Made by a program: the position numbers and the translations under genes
Shown here: positions 31,738 to 42,284 of the stretch, one piece after another
Layout of the letters: the number at the start of each line of letters is the position of its first letter
Position numbering within the stretch: the stretch's first letter is position 1
Notes under the pieces: model-generated
Seen by the model: the letters and a program-made list of their open reading frames with translations, nothing else
The model's database searches: none
Told to the model about the DNA's origin: nothing
NCBI GenBank assembly: GCA_965223705.1
Contig: OZ245015.1
Span: 2,624,001-2,688,000 of the forward strand
Length of the DNA stretch: 64,000 nucleotides
Source of the DNA: Myxococcota bacterium
GTDB taxonomy: Bacteria > Myxococcota_A > UBA9160 > UBA6930
Reading direction: 5' to 3'

Positions 31738-32111
31738 GCGCCGGCGAGGCGCATGGCTTCGGCGATCCGCTCCCGGAGCTCGGCCTGTTCCCAGGGTTTC
31801 GGAATCACGCCCACGACACCGGCTGCGTCGAGATCGGGGCGCGACAGGACCTCCGAGAGCCCCGTCAGGAGAAGCCTCCCGACTTCGGGCTTCCAGGCGC
31901 GAATTTTTTCGAGAAGCTTGATCCCCGAGACGTCGGGCATTCGCTGGTCCGACAACACCACGGAGATTCCGCCCGCGTCGATACGGGCCAAGGCCTCCTG
32001 CCCGCTGTGTGCGACGACGACGTCGTAAGGCTCCTTGCGCAACGTGCGCTCGAGTGCGCGGAGAATGTGCGGCTCGTCATCGACCACGAGCAGGGTCGGC
32101 CGCGCGCTCAT
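31734..32111 (-). CDS. Single-domain response regulator
   Basis: LLVVDDE, SDQRMP, LLTG, KPW. Confidence 0.9.
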   Translation of the reverse strand: MSARPTLLVVDDEPHILRALERTLRKEPYDVVVAHSGQEALARIDAGGISVVLSDQRMPDVSGIKLLEKIRAWKPEVGRLLLTGLSEVLSRPDLDAAGVVGVIPKPWEQAELRERIAEAMRLAGA

Positions 32112-32914
32112 ACAGACGGCGCCGCGGGAAGCCGCAGCTCGATCCGCGTACCCGACCCGCCGGAATCCAGTTCGAGCGTACCGCCGAGTTCGCGGAGTTC
32201 GCGTGCGGCACGCGCGAGCCCGAACTCGGCCAGGACCGACGCTTCGTGGGGACTCGAACGCAAAAGCGCCGTGCGCTCTTCCGTTCGGAGCGGCGCGCCC
32301 GTGTCGGCGATCGAGAGACAGATCTCCGCGCCGCGGCGGCCGGCGTAGACGCGCACCGAGGCGGCCCGGCCCTCCCCCGCTTCGGCTACCGCTTCCGCCG
32401 CGCGCAGCAAAAGCGTGACGATGATCCGCCGCAAGACCGACGCCGAGCCGCTGGCGCGGATGTCCGGGACGAGCTCTGTTTCCACCACGAGCCCGGGTGC
32501 CGTGACGCCACGCAGGGCGTGAATCGCTCCCTTGACCACTTCCGCGAGCTCCGGCGACTCGCCACTCGAACGGACACCGAGGAGTCCCTGCAAGTCGTAC
32601 AGACTGCTCCGAATGCGCCGGGCGCCTTCGAGCGATTCCCGCACCGCTGCATCCGAATCTTTGAGCGCCTGTTCGGGCTGAACGGCGGCGAGCGCGCCGT
32701 CGAAGGCCGCGATCACTTCGGGTTTCGGGGCGTTCGCCTCGTTCAGTTCGGACCGCAGCGCCAAGGCCGCATCATGCAACCTGCCGAAATCGTCCAGGGT
32801 GTCGGCGAGCTGCAAGAGGTTGGCCTGGACGAAACCCAGTGGATTGCTCATCTCGTGGACAAAGCCCGAGATCAGGCGCGCGAGTCGAAAAGCTTCATCG
32901 CGGTTCGTCGAAAT
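32108..32914 (-). CDS. Sensorless histidine-kinase-like protein with degenerate ATPase domain; proposed ATT start
   Basis: The frame upstream of ATG 32851 encodes the H-box (GFVHEMSNPL). ATT at 32914 follows GGAG by 7 nt. N and G2 boxes are degenerate. Confidence 0.65.
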   Translation of the reverse strand: MSTNRDEAFRLARLISGFVHEMSNPLGFVQANLLQLADTLDDFGRLHDAALALRSELNEANAPKPEVIAAFDGALAAVQPEQALKDSDAAVRESLEGARRIRSSLYDLQGLLGVRSSGESPELAEVVKGAIHALRGVTAPGLVVETELVPDIRASGSASVLRRIIVTLLLRAAEAVAEAGEGRAASVRVYAGRRGAEICLSIADTGAPLRTEERTALLRSSPHEASVLAEFGLARAARELRELGGTLELDSGGSGTRIELRLPAAPSV

Positions 32915-33024
32915 TGCGAGGCTCCCCTGCGATCGGACGCGGCGGACGCGTCTTCGGGGGGATGGCCGGACACTAACCGAATGCGGGGCCGGGGCAAACC
33001 GAGAATCGGCGCGAAGTCGGATCG

Positions 33025-34023
33025 CTAGCGGCGGAGATCGTGCTTCGTGAGTTTTCGATAGAGCGTCGAGCGCCCGATCCCCAAGAGGCGCGCCGCAGCG
33101 GCGACGTCACCGCCCGCTTCCTCGAGCGCGCGCAGCAACGCAGCGCGTTCGTAAGCATCGAGCGAGAGGGGCAAGTTCGAAACCTCGCGTGCCGTCGTTC
33201 GGGTCGACTTCGCGGCGATACCCAGGTCGGGAAAATCCTGTTGCCCGAGCGTGCGCTCGCCGGCGAAGGCGAGCGCGGACTCGATGGCGTTCTCGAGCTC
33301 TCGCGCGTTCCCCGGCCACGCGTGGTTCTCGAGTCGATCCACCGCCTCGCGCGAGAGCATCCCGTCCGGACGTCCGTGTTTCGCGACGAAATGCCGCGCG
33401 ATCGGCTCGATGTCTTCGACGCGTTCTCGCAGGGGCGGAATCTCGAGGCGGACGACGTTCAGTCGGTAGAAGAGATCCATGCGGAACGTTCCCGCTCCGA
33501 CCATCGCCTCGAGGTCGCGATGGGTCGCCGCGACCACTCGGATGTCGACGGGAACAGCTCCGGCCGCGCCGACCGGGCGCACTTCTTTGTGCTGCAATGC
33601 CCGCAACAGTTTCGCTTGAACCACGGCGGGAATCTCGCCGATTTCGTCGAGAAAGATCGTCCCGCCCTCGGCCATCCGAAACAGACCGTGCGCGCCGGTC
33701 GCTCCCGTAAACGCGCCTTTGCGATGGCCGAAGAGCTCACTCTCGATGATCGACTCCGGGAGGGCTCCGCAATCGACCGGAACGAACGGTCCGTCGCTTC
33801 GCACACTGGCCTCGTGCACAGCGCGAGCGACGAGCTCCTTACCCGTCCCGCTCTCCCCCTGGATGAGGACGTTGCTCTCGTTCTGGCGGAGGCTCGCGAT
33901 CCTCCGAGTCAGGGCCTTGATTGCGGGGGAACGCCCCACGAGGGAGCCGCTCTGCGGGGGGCTCGGGCGGGGCTCGTCGATGGTGAAATCGACGACCCGC
34001 GGGCGGCTCGGATGCGAAGTCAT
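33025..34023 (-). CDS. Sigma-54 enhancer-binding protein lacking an N-terminal regulatory domain
   Basis: [29 protein letters not shown], Fis-type HTH; short N-terminus from ATG 34023. Confidence 0.85.
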   Translation of the reverse strand: MTSHPSRPRVVDFTIDEPRPSPPQSGSLVGRSPAIKALTRRIASLRQNESNVLIQGESGTGKELVARAVHEASVRSDGPFVPVDCGALPESIIESELFGHRKGAFTGATGAHGLFRMAEGGTIFLDEIGEIPAVVQAKLLRALQHKEVRPVGAAGAVPVDIRVVAATHRDLEAMVGAGTFRMDLFYRLNVVRLEIPPLRERVEDIEPIARHFVAKHGRPDGMLSREAVDRLENHAWPGNARELENAIESALAFAGERTLGQQDFPDLGIAAKSTRTTAREVSNLPLSLDAYERAALLRALEEAGGDVAAAARLLGIGRSTLYRKLTKHDLRR

Positions 34024-34148
34024 CGGGATCCATATCGGAGACGGGAATCGCTCCCTTGAGGATCGCCCCGGCCCAGGAGCTCTGTTGCGACCCGCCCGGC
34101 CGCTGCCTAAGGTCTCGGGCCGCCCCCCTCCGAGAACCGGAGGCATCT

Positions 34149-35540
<1,392 letters not shown>

Positions 35541-35764
35541 CCGGGCTTCGAGTACGGTTTCGAAATTCGCCGACACAAGAAGCGTCGGTTTCCTGACAGT
35601 TGCACGCTGAAAGACCGGCCCCGCGATCGTGCACGCAACCGGTGCCGAGGCGGGTACGCAGAAAGTTTCGGGCGCGTCTTCCGTAGCATTTTCAGCCAGT
35701 TATCGACTCTTTGGAAAGCTCGCGAAACCCTTGCAGGCCGTGTTCGACGGCTCCGCCGCAAGGT

Positions 35765-35780
35765 TGGCACGCCGCCTGCT
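35765..35780 (+). promoter_or_regulatory. Sigma-54 promoter upstream of fliA
   Basis: TGGCACGCCGCCTGCT (TGGCAC-N5-CTGCT, GG-N10-GC), 50 nt before the first ATG. Confidence 0.7.
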
Positions 35781-35830
35781 TTCCCCCGCATCTCGTGCGC
35801 ACGCCGGGCGCAAAGGGGGGAAGTCGCGGG

Positions 35831-36625
35831 ATGCAGCAGATTCAGGAAGGCGGGATGGAAGACCAACTTCGCAGCGCGAAGACCGAGACCGGGGACGTTC
35901 CGGCGCCGCTCAAAGAGCAGTTGGTGCTCGAGCACACGCCGCTCATCCGGTACATCGTCAACCGCATCGCGGTGCGACTCCCTTCGCACATCGACCTCGA
36001 CGACCTTCACAACACGGGCGTCATCGGCTTGATGGACGCCATCGAGAAGTACGATCCGGAAAAGAACTGCAAGTTCAAGACGTACGCCGAGTTTCGGATC
36101 AAGGGAGCGATCCTCGATCAGCTCCGCTCACTCGACTGGGTGCCGCGCAGCGTCCGCCAAAAGAGTCGACGACTCGAGCGCGCCTACGGAGAGGTCGAGC
36201 AGCGGCTCGGACGATCCGCCAGCGAGGAAGAAGTCGCTGATTCGCTCGGCCTTCAGATCGACAAATTCCACGAGCTGCTCAACCAGGTACGCGGCATCTC
36301 GCTGGTCAACCTCGAAGAGATTCGCGGCAACAGCCAGGACGGAGATCGTCCCGGCAACTTCGCCGACATCGTCGAAGACATTCACTCGGAGAATCCGTTC
36401 GCCACGTTCCGTATTCACGAAACGAAAGGCCTCATCGCGGATACGATCTCGACGCTGCCGGAGAAAGAGCGCCTCGTCATCACTTTGTACTACTACGAAG
36501 ATCTCAACATGAAAGAGATCGGAAACATTCTCGGTATCACGGAATCTCGCGTGTGCCAGATTCACACGAAGTCGGTGCTGCGGTTGCGTTCGAAGCTCAA
36601 GGGCGCGGTCGACCGCGCCTCGTGA
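35831..36625 (+). CDS. fliA: FliA/WhiG family (sigma-28) RNA polymerase sigma factor
   Basis: RLPSHIDLDDL, FKTYAEFRIKGAILDQLRSLDWVPRSVR, LGITESRVCQIH. Start at ATG 35831 or 35855. Confidence 0.9.
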   Translation: MQQIQEGGMEDQLRSAKTETGDVPAPLKEQLVLEHTPLIRYIVNRIAVRLPSHIDLDDLHNTGVIGLMDAIEKYDPEKNCKFKTYAEFRIKGAILDQLRSLDWVPRSVRQKSRRLERAYGEVEQRLGRSASEEEVADSLGLQIDKFHELLNQVRGISLVNLEEIRGNSQDGDRPGNFADIVEDIHSENPFATFRIHETKGLIADTISTLPEKERLVITLYYYEDLNMKEIGNILGITESRVCQIHTKSVLRLRSKLKGAVDRAS

Positions 36626-36632
36626 CGGCTCG

Positions 36633-37379
36633 CTAGCCTTCGGTACACCGCACGAGGACCACGGAGATGTTGTCCTCGCCGCCGCGGGAATTCGCCAGGC
36701 CGATCAGCTCATCGCAGGCTTCTTCGAGACGCGGCGAGGCGTCATCCCGACACGCCTCGGCCACGAGCTTCTCGATCTCGTGATCTTCGACGTGGTTCGT
36801 CAAGCCGTCTGAGCACAGCACGAACACGTCGCCGTGGGCGAGGGTCAGCTCGGCGAGATCGGGCTCGACCGTCCGCCGAACGCCCAGGGCACGCGTCAAC
36901 ACGTGGCGGTGGGGATGTTCTCTCGCATCGTCCTCGCTGATCTCTTGCCGCCGCAACAAGTCCGCAACAATCGAATGATCGTCCGTCAGCTGGCGAAGGC
37001 TCTTGTTGCGCAGGCGATACGCGCGGCTGTCTCCCACGTGGGCAATGGCGGCGCGGTCCTTGTCGATCAACAGACCGACAAACGTGGTCCCCATGCCCGC
37101 GTAGTCGCTCCTGGCCATCGCTGCGTCGAAGATCGCTCGATTCGCGGATGACACGGCGTAGCGACACTTTTCTGCGAGGCTCGCAGTGGCTTCTTCAAGG
37201 GCCGATACGGCGGCAATCGCCGCTTCGACGGCCAAGGCACTCGCCACCTGCCCCGCCTTGTGTCCCCCCATGCCGTCGGCGACGGCGTAGAAGCCCAGCG
37301 GGGGCGATACGGCATAGCGGTCCTCGTTCTCGCGGCGGCGCAACCCGACGTCGCTCTCCGCCGCTGCCTGCAAGTGCAT
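36633..37379 (-). CDS. PP2C-type Ser/Thr protein phosphatase
   Basis: RRRENED, VADGMGGH, HVGDSRAY, LCSDGL, GGEDNIS. Start trimmed to ATG 37379. Confidence 0.93.
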   Translation of the reverse strand: MHLQAAAESDVGLRRRENEDRYAVSPPLGFYAVADGMGGHKAGQVASALAVEAAIAAVSALEEATASLAEKCRYAVSSANRAIFDAAMARSDYAGMGTTFVGLLIDKDRAAIAHVGDSRAYRLRNKSLRQLTDDHSIVADLLRRQEISEDDAREHPHRHVLTRALGVRRTVEPDLAELTLAHGDVFVLCSDGLTNHVEDHEIEKLVAEACRDDASPRLEEACDELIGLANSRGGEDNISVVLVRCTEG

Positions 37380-37604
37380 GATCGTTCCCTTTCCCGCCCC
37401 TCGTGCATCGGCCCGCGGCCGATCCCGCTTAACCGGGTGACAGTTAGCGTAAGGCCCCGGGGAACCGAGTAAAAACATTCAACCCCGAGGCTTCGCGCGA
37501 CGATAATCCGGTAACGTAATTGCCGGCTCGCCGCCCTTCCGGTGTGGCGACGCTCGGATGGTGCCGAGAGCGTCTCGTTCGCCCGAGGCGGCACCGGGGG
37601 GATC

Positions 37605-39533
37605 ATGCCGAAAACACTGCTCCTTGCAGACGACAGCGTCACGATTCAGAAGGTCGTGGGAATCAGTTTCGCAAACGAGGACGTCATCCTCCTCACGGTA
37701 GACAACGGCGACGACGCCATCGCCCGCGCTCGCGAAGCGCGTCCGGACCTGGTCTTGGCGGACGTCGTGATGCCCGGCAAGAACGGCTACGAGGTCTGCG
37801 CGGCGATCAAGAACGATCCCGAGATCAGCGCCACGCCCGTCATGCTCCTCACCGGGACGTTCGAAGCCTTTGACGACAGCCGCGCCAGGGAAGTCGGTGC
37901 AGACGGGCACATCACCAAGCCTTTCGAGGCTCAAGCCTTGGTCGATCGCGTCAACCAGCTGCTCGAGCAGGCCGCTGGCCACAGCGATTCGGCGAGCACG
38001 CCCGAGCCGTCGCCCCAAGCGGAGCCCGCGTCGCCCCTCACCGATGCGTTCGACGAGCCGGGCCCCGCGAACGAGAGCGAGCGCTTCGAATCTCCGGCGC
38101 AGACCCCTCCGGAGTCCTGGACCGCTCCGGACGACTTCGGAACCACGCCGATCCCCGAGCCGACCCACGCGGCCCATCCCGCCGCGCCGCCGGCGGCGAC
38201 GTCCATGACACCGCCGCCGATTCCCGAGGTTGGCGAGTCCAGCGGGTTTGGTTCCGTGCCCCCGCCCGTTTCGGCGGCCCCGACCCCGCCCCCGGTTCCG
38301 GACGCTCTCACCGACGGTGATCTGGGAGACGGTCCGGCCGCGGAGGCTCTCTCGGGCTCCTACGATTTCTTCGAAGACGAATTCGGAGCGAACGCGACGC
38401 CGCCGAGCGAGAGCACGTCGACGAGCTACGGGTTCGGCGCGACAACCGACGGCTCCCTCGAATCCGCGATGTCGGACGAGATACCGTCCAACTTCGATTT
38501 CGGAGACTCCCAGATCGGAAGTCCGGCCTTCCCTTCTGCCGAAACCAACGTCACTGCGTCGAGCAGAAACGAAACCGCGAGCCCCGACAGCTTTTCGGAC
38601 GCCCAGACGATCCCGCCGTCCTTCGACACGGAATTCGACGGCGAGGATGACGAGCCGACTTTCGACGCCACGACCGCCTGGGAGCGACCGCCGACGGAAG
38701 CGACCGAAGAAGCGGCCCCGACCCCGGTGGCACCGCCCTTCGAGGAAGCCCCGACCCCGGTGGCACCGCCCTTCGAGGAAGAACTCGAAACCACCGCACT
38801 TCCCGAGGAAGCCGCCGGGAGCGGAGAGCTCTTGCACGCCGAGGACGTCGTCGAAGCGGCCGAAGACGCGAATTTCGTCGACGACCCCGCTGAACCGGCG
38901 ACGACGCTCCCGCTGCCCGAGCACGACGCCGACGACAGCCTGCCTCCGTTCGAGCATGGCTTCGGAACGGCAGATCGCGACAGGCAGGTCACGCCCTTCT
39001 CCGGGATGGATGCGAGCGGAAGCGGCGCGGCGATCACCGGCATGGATGCGCCGATCGAGGCGGAGCCGTTGACGACGGACGGTCCGGGAGATGAATCAAC
39101 GGGTGCGTTCGGCGACGCGTTCGGTAGTCTCGCCACCGAGAGCCAACGACCCGAGAGCTTTCAAGATCCTGCACCGAGCGGATCGTTTGATGTCGCTCAC
39201 GAGGACGTGGCCCACCTGGACACTCGGACGGGAGTTCGGACCGAGGACGAATTGCCCGGCTCGAGCTTCGCGGAGACCATGCCGATCTCGGATACAGAAC
39301 GCGACGATTCCCCGCAGGGAGATCACGATCTCCGAAGCTCCAATCCGGCCTTCAGGCAGGAGATTCACGACGCCATCGAAAAGATCGCTTGGGAGGCGAT
39401 GGGGCCCGTCGCAGAGGCGATCGTGCGCGACTGCGTCGAGAAGGTGGAGCGCGTCGCTTGGGAAGTCATCCCCGAGATGGCCGAAAAGCTGATTCGCGAA
39501 GAGATCCGCCGTCTGAAAGGCGAAGATCAGTAG
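37605..39533 (+). CDS. romR: RomR-like polarity response regulator (receiver, acidic Pro-rich linker, C-terminal helices)
   Basis: MPKTLLLADDSVTIQKV..GTFEAFD..TKPFE receiver and C-terminal ERVAWEVIPEMAEKLIREEIRRL, matching recalled Myxococcus RomR features. Confidence 0.82.
   Translation: MPKTLLLADDSVTIQKVVGISFANEDVILLTVDNGDDAIARAREARPDLVLADVVMPGKNGYEVCAAIKNDPEISATPVMLLTGTFEAFDDSRAREVGADGHITKPFEAQALVDRVNQLLEQAAGHSDSASTPEPSPQAEPASPLTDAFDEPGPANESERFESPAQTPPESWTAPDDFGTTPIPEPTHAAHPAAPPAATSMTPPPIPEVGESSGFGSVPPPVSAAPTPPPVPDALTDGDLGDGPAAEALSGSYDFFEDEFGANATPPSESTSTSYGFGATTDGSLESAMSDEIPSNFDFGDSQIGSPAFPSAETNVTASSRNETASPDSFSDAQTIPPSFDTEFDGEDDEPTFDATTAWERPPTEATEEAAPTPVAPPFEEAPTPVAPPFEEELETTALPEEAAGSGELLHAEDVVEAAEDANFVDDPAEPATTLPLPEHDADDSLPPFEHGFGTADRDRQVTPFSGMDASGSGAAITGMDAPIEAEPLTTDGPGDESTGAFGDAFGSLATESQRPESFQDPAPSGSFDVAHEDVAHLDTRTGVRTEDELPGSSFAETMPISDTERDDSPQGDHDLRSSNPAFRQEIHDAIEKIAWEAMGPVAEAIVRDCVEKVERVAWEVIPEMAEKLIREEIRRLKGEDQ
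38715..38780 (+). repeat. Perfect 33-bp tandem duplication (APTPVAPPFEE x2) in the romR linker
   Basis: GCCCCGACCCCGGTGGCACCGCCCTTCGAGGAA occurs twice in tandem. Confidence 0.9.
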
Positions 39534-39578
39534 AGCGCGCTGCGGCCTCCCCTGAGGGAGGTGGTGTAAACTGACGGT

Positions 39579-40448
39579 GTGTCCGCCACCGCCCCGTTTC
39601 CGGTCCGCCAAAGTTGGCTCCCTCTCCTGGAGCGGGCGCTCGCCGAGGATCTCGGTCCGGGCGATGTGACCAGCGACGCGGTTCTCGCGGCCGACGCCCA
39701 ATCGTCGTGTCAGCTCGAGGCGCGCGAAGATTTGATCCTCTGCGGCCTTCCCGTGGCCCTCGCCACCTTTCAAGCGGTCCGCGGAGATCTCGCGTTCGAA
39801 CCGCGGCAAAGCGAAGGCGCCGCTGTGGCCAAGGGAGACGTCCTCGCGGAAATCCGCGGGAACGCCCGGGCGATCCTGGCGGCGGAGCGCACCGCGCTGA
39901 ACTTCCTCCAGCGGATGTCGGGGATCGCCACCGAGACGCGGCGCTACGTCGACGCCGTGGCGTCGACCGACGCCCGAATCGTCGACACACGGAAGACCTT
40001 GCCGGGCTGGCGCGCGCTAGACAAATACGCCGTTCGGGTGGGCGGCGGGATGAACCACCGCACCGGCCTGTTCGACGCCATCCTCATCAAAGACAACCAC
40101 ATCGCCGCAGCGGGAGGCGTTGCAGAAGCGATCGGCGCGGCCCGGTCCGGTGCCGCGCAACATCTCTGGCTCCAAGTCGAAGTCGAGAGTTTGGATCAGG
40201 CCGCAGCGGCGGTCGACTGTGGTGTTGACTCACTTCTTCTCGACAACCGCAGCGTCCCCGAGCTCGCGCGGTTCGTCGAAGCTTTCGGTGACCAGTGCGT
40301 CCTCGAAGCGTCGGGAGGCGTGACCTTCGATCGGATTGTGGATATCGCAAAGACCGGGGTGCACCGCATTTCGATCGGCGCCCTCACCCACTCCGTTCGC
40401 GCCGCGGACATCGCGCTCGAAGTCCAAGATCCGGAGACAGGCGCATGA
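39579..40448 (+). CDS. nadC: Quinolinate phosphoribosyltransferase
   Basis: ERTALNFLQRMSGIAT, DTRKTLPG, NHRTGL, IKDNH, EASGG, ISIGALTHS. Confidence 0.96.
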   Translation: MSATAPFPVRQSWLPLLERALAEDLGPGDVTSDAVLAADAQSSCQLEAREDLILCGLPVALATFQAVRGDLAFEPRQSEGAAVAKGDVLAEIRGNARAILAAERTALNFLQRMSGIATETRRYVDAVASTDARIVDTRKTLPGWRALDKYAVRVGGGMNHRTGLFDAILIKDNHIAAAGGVAEAIGAARSGAAQHLWLQVEVESLDQAAAAVDCGVDSLLLDNRSVPELARFVEAFGDQCVLEASGGVTFDRIVDIAKTGVHRISIGALTHSVRAADIALEVQDPETGA

Positions 40449-41467
40449 ACGGGGCGGGCGCCGGCGCGATTCTCCGAGCACTGCGGCTCGCCGGCGCGGC
40501 GCGATGTTCCGGAGAACAACTGTCGCGCGAACTCGGCGTCTCGCGCTCGCAAATCTGGAAACACGTCAGCACGCTGCGCGGTCGGGGCTACGACATCGAC
40601 GGCAGCGCGGGCGAAGGCTACAGGCTTCGGAGCAGCCCGGACCGCCTGTATTCCGAAGAGATCCAACCGGGTCTGGGGACCCGCGCCGTCGGACGGAAGA
40701 TCGAGCATCTCGATTCGACGGATTCGACGAACCGTGTCGCACACGAGCGAGCCCGAGCCGGTGCTCCGCACGGCTACACCGTCATCGCCGAAGCTCAGAC
40801 GGCGGGCCGCGGTCGCCTCGGCCGCACTTTCTTCTCGCCGGCGCACGAAAACCTCTACACGTCGATCATCCTGCGGCCGTCGCTGACCACTGCGTCCTGC
40901 GCAACGGCAATCCTCGCGGCGGCGGTGGCTGTGGCGGAGACCGCTGCAGCGAGTGTCGGAGACGACGACCGGGTGACGATCAAATGGCCGAACGACGTCC
41001 TGATCGATCGCCGAAAGACCTCGGGCATTCTGATGGAGCTCGCCGCCGAGGCAACGCGCGTGGACTACCTCGTGCTCGGCATCGGCATCAATATCAACTC
41101 CGACCCGTCGAGCTTCCCCGAAGAATTTCGCGCCAGCGCCACCAGCCTCGCAGCGTCCGCAGGTCGCCCGATCGACCGCGCCCAGGTGGCCCGCACGCTC
41201 TTCACGCTGCTCGAGGACGTCCTCGACCTACACGAGGCCCGGGGCTTCTCGGCGATTCGCGATCGCTTCGATGCGCGGTTCTCGATGCGCGATCAAACCG
41301 TCACCGTTCGAGATCTCGATGGGGGCTCGACCACGGGCACCGCCCTGGGAGTCGCGAACGACGGTGCCCTGCGCCTACGTCACGCCGACGGAAGCGAGCG
41401 AAGGCTCTTGGCGGGTGACGTGACGATCGGAAGCGGCGAGACCCATGCCGCGAGGGTCGCGTCGTGA
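40445..41467 (+). CDS. birA: Bifunctional biotin ligase/repressor
   Basis: N-terminal HTH, DSTN, QTAGRGRLGR, KWPND, KTSGIL. Confidence 0.94.
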   Translation: MNGAGAGAILRALRLAGAARCSGEQLSRELGVSRSQIWKHVSTLRGRGYDIDGSAGEGYRLRSSPDRLYSEEIQPGLGTRAVGRKIEHLDSTDSTNRVAHERARAGAPHGYTVIAEAQTAGRGRLGRTFFSPAHENLYTSIILRPSLTTASCATAILAAAVAVAETAAASVGDDDRVTIKWPNDVLIDRRKTSGILMELAAEATRVDYLVLGIGININSDPSSFPEEFRASATSLAASAGRPIDRAQVARTLFTLLEDVLDLHEARGFSAIRDRFDARFSMRDQTVTVRDLDGGSTTGTALGVANDGALRLRHADGSERRLLAGDVTIGSGETHAARVAS

Positions 41468-42282
41468 AACCCGCGACCCTACTCGCGATCGACGTCGGCA
41501 ACACGAATGTGTCACTCGGACTCTTCGACGACGTCGGCGGGCGCGGAGAACTGACGAACCACTGGCGAATCGCGACGCGGCGTGAACAGACGTCCGACGA
41601 GCTGACCCTCGTGTTGCGTGGCCTATTCGAACTACCCAGTCGCGACGTTTCCGAGATCACGGACGTCATCATCTCGAGCGTCGTCCCACCGCTCCTACCC
41701 ATCTGGGAGCGGGTCTGCCTCAAACTGTTCCCGTCGCCACCGCAGTTCGTCGGCCCGGGAATCCGCACGGGCATGCCCGTCCGATACGAGAACCCGAGGG
41801 AAGTCGGCGCCGACCGGATCGTGAACGCCGTCGCGGCCTACGACCTCGCCCAGGGCGCCGTCATCGCCGTCGATTTCGGCACCGCGACGACGTTCGACTG
41901 TGTATCGGGCCAAGGCGAATACTTGGGAGGGGCGATTTTCCCAGGCATCCATATCTCGATGGAGGCGCTGTTCGAGCGGGCGAGCATGCTCCATCGCGTG
42001 GAGATCGCGCGGCCGCGTCACGTGATCGGTCGCACGACGACGGCGTCACTGCAATCCGGCCTTCTGTACGGCTACGCCGGGATGGTGGACTCGATGGTGG
42101 CGAGAATTCGCGACGAACTCGGCGAGGACGCCGATGTCTTGGCGACCGGAGGGCTCGCACAACGGATCGCGAGCGAGTCGCAAAGTATTCGCAGGGTCGA
42201 GCCCTTCCTGACGCTCGAGGGGCTGCGCATTTTGTTCGAGAAGAATCGTCCGGAAGGGGATGTAACTCAAAAGGAGAGTTAG
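41464..42282 (+). CDS. coaX: Type III pantothenate kinase
   Basis: IDVGNTN, SSVVP, VGADR, VDFGTATTFD, ATGG, LTLEGL. Confidence 0.95.
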   Translation: MKPATLLAIDVGNTNVSLGLFDDVGGRGELTNHWRIATRREQTSDELTLVLRGLFELPSRDVSEITDVIISSVVPPLLPIWERVCLKLFPSPPQFVGPGIRTGMPVRYENPREVGADRIVNAVAAYDLAQGAVIAVDFGTATTFDCVSGQGEYLGGAIFPGIHISMEALFERASMLHRVEIARPRHVIGRTTTASLQSGLLYGYAGMVDSMVARIRDELGEDADVLATGGLAQRIASESQSIRRVEPFLTLEGLRILFEKNRPEGDVTQKES

Positions 42283-42284
42283 TC

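Noticed and set aside
38715..38780. CRISPR-like repeat
   Set aside because: Two adjacent in-frame copies with no spacer, inside a coding linker; no cas genes.
39546..39561. Intrinsic terminator after romR (CCTCCC-CTGA-GGGAGG)
   Set aside because: Short stem with no U tract, overlapping the likely nadC promoter region.
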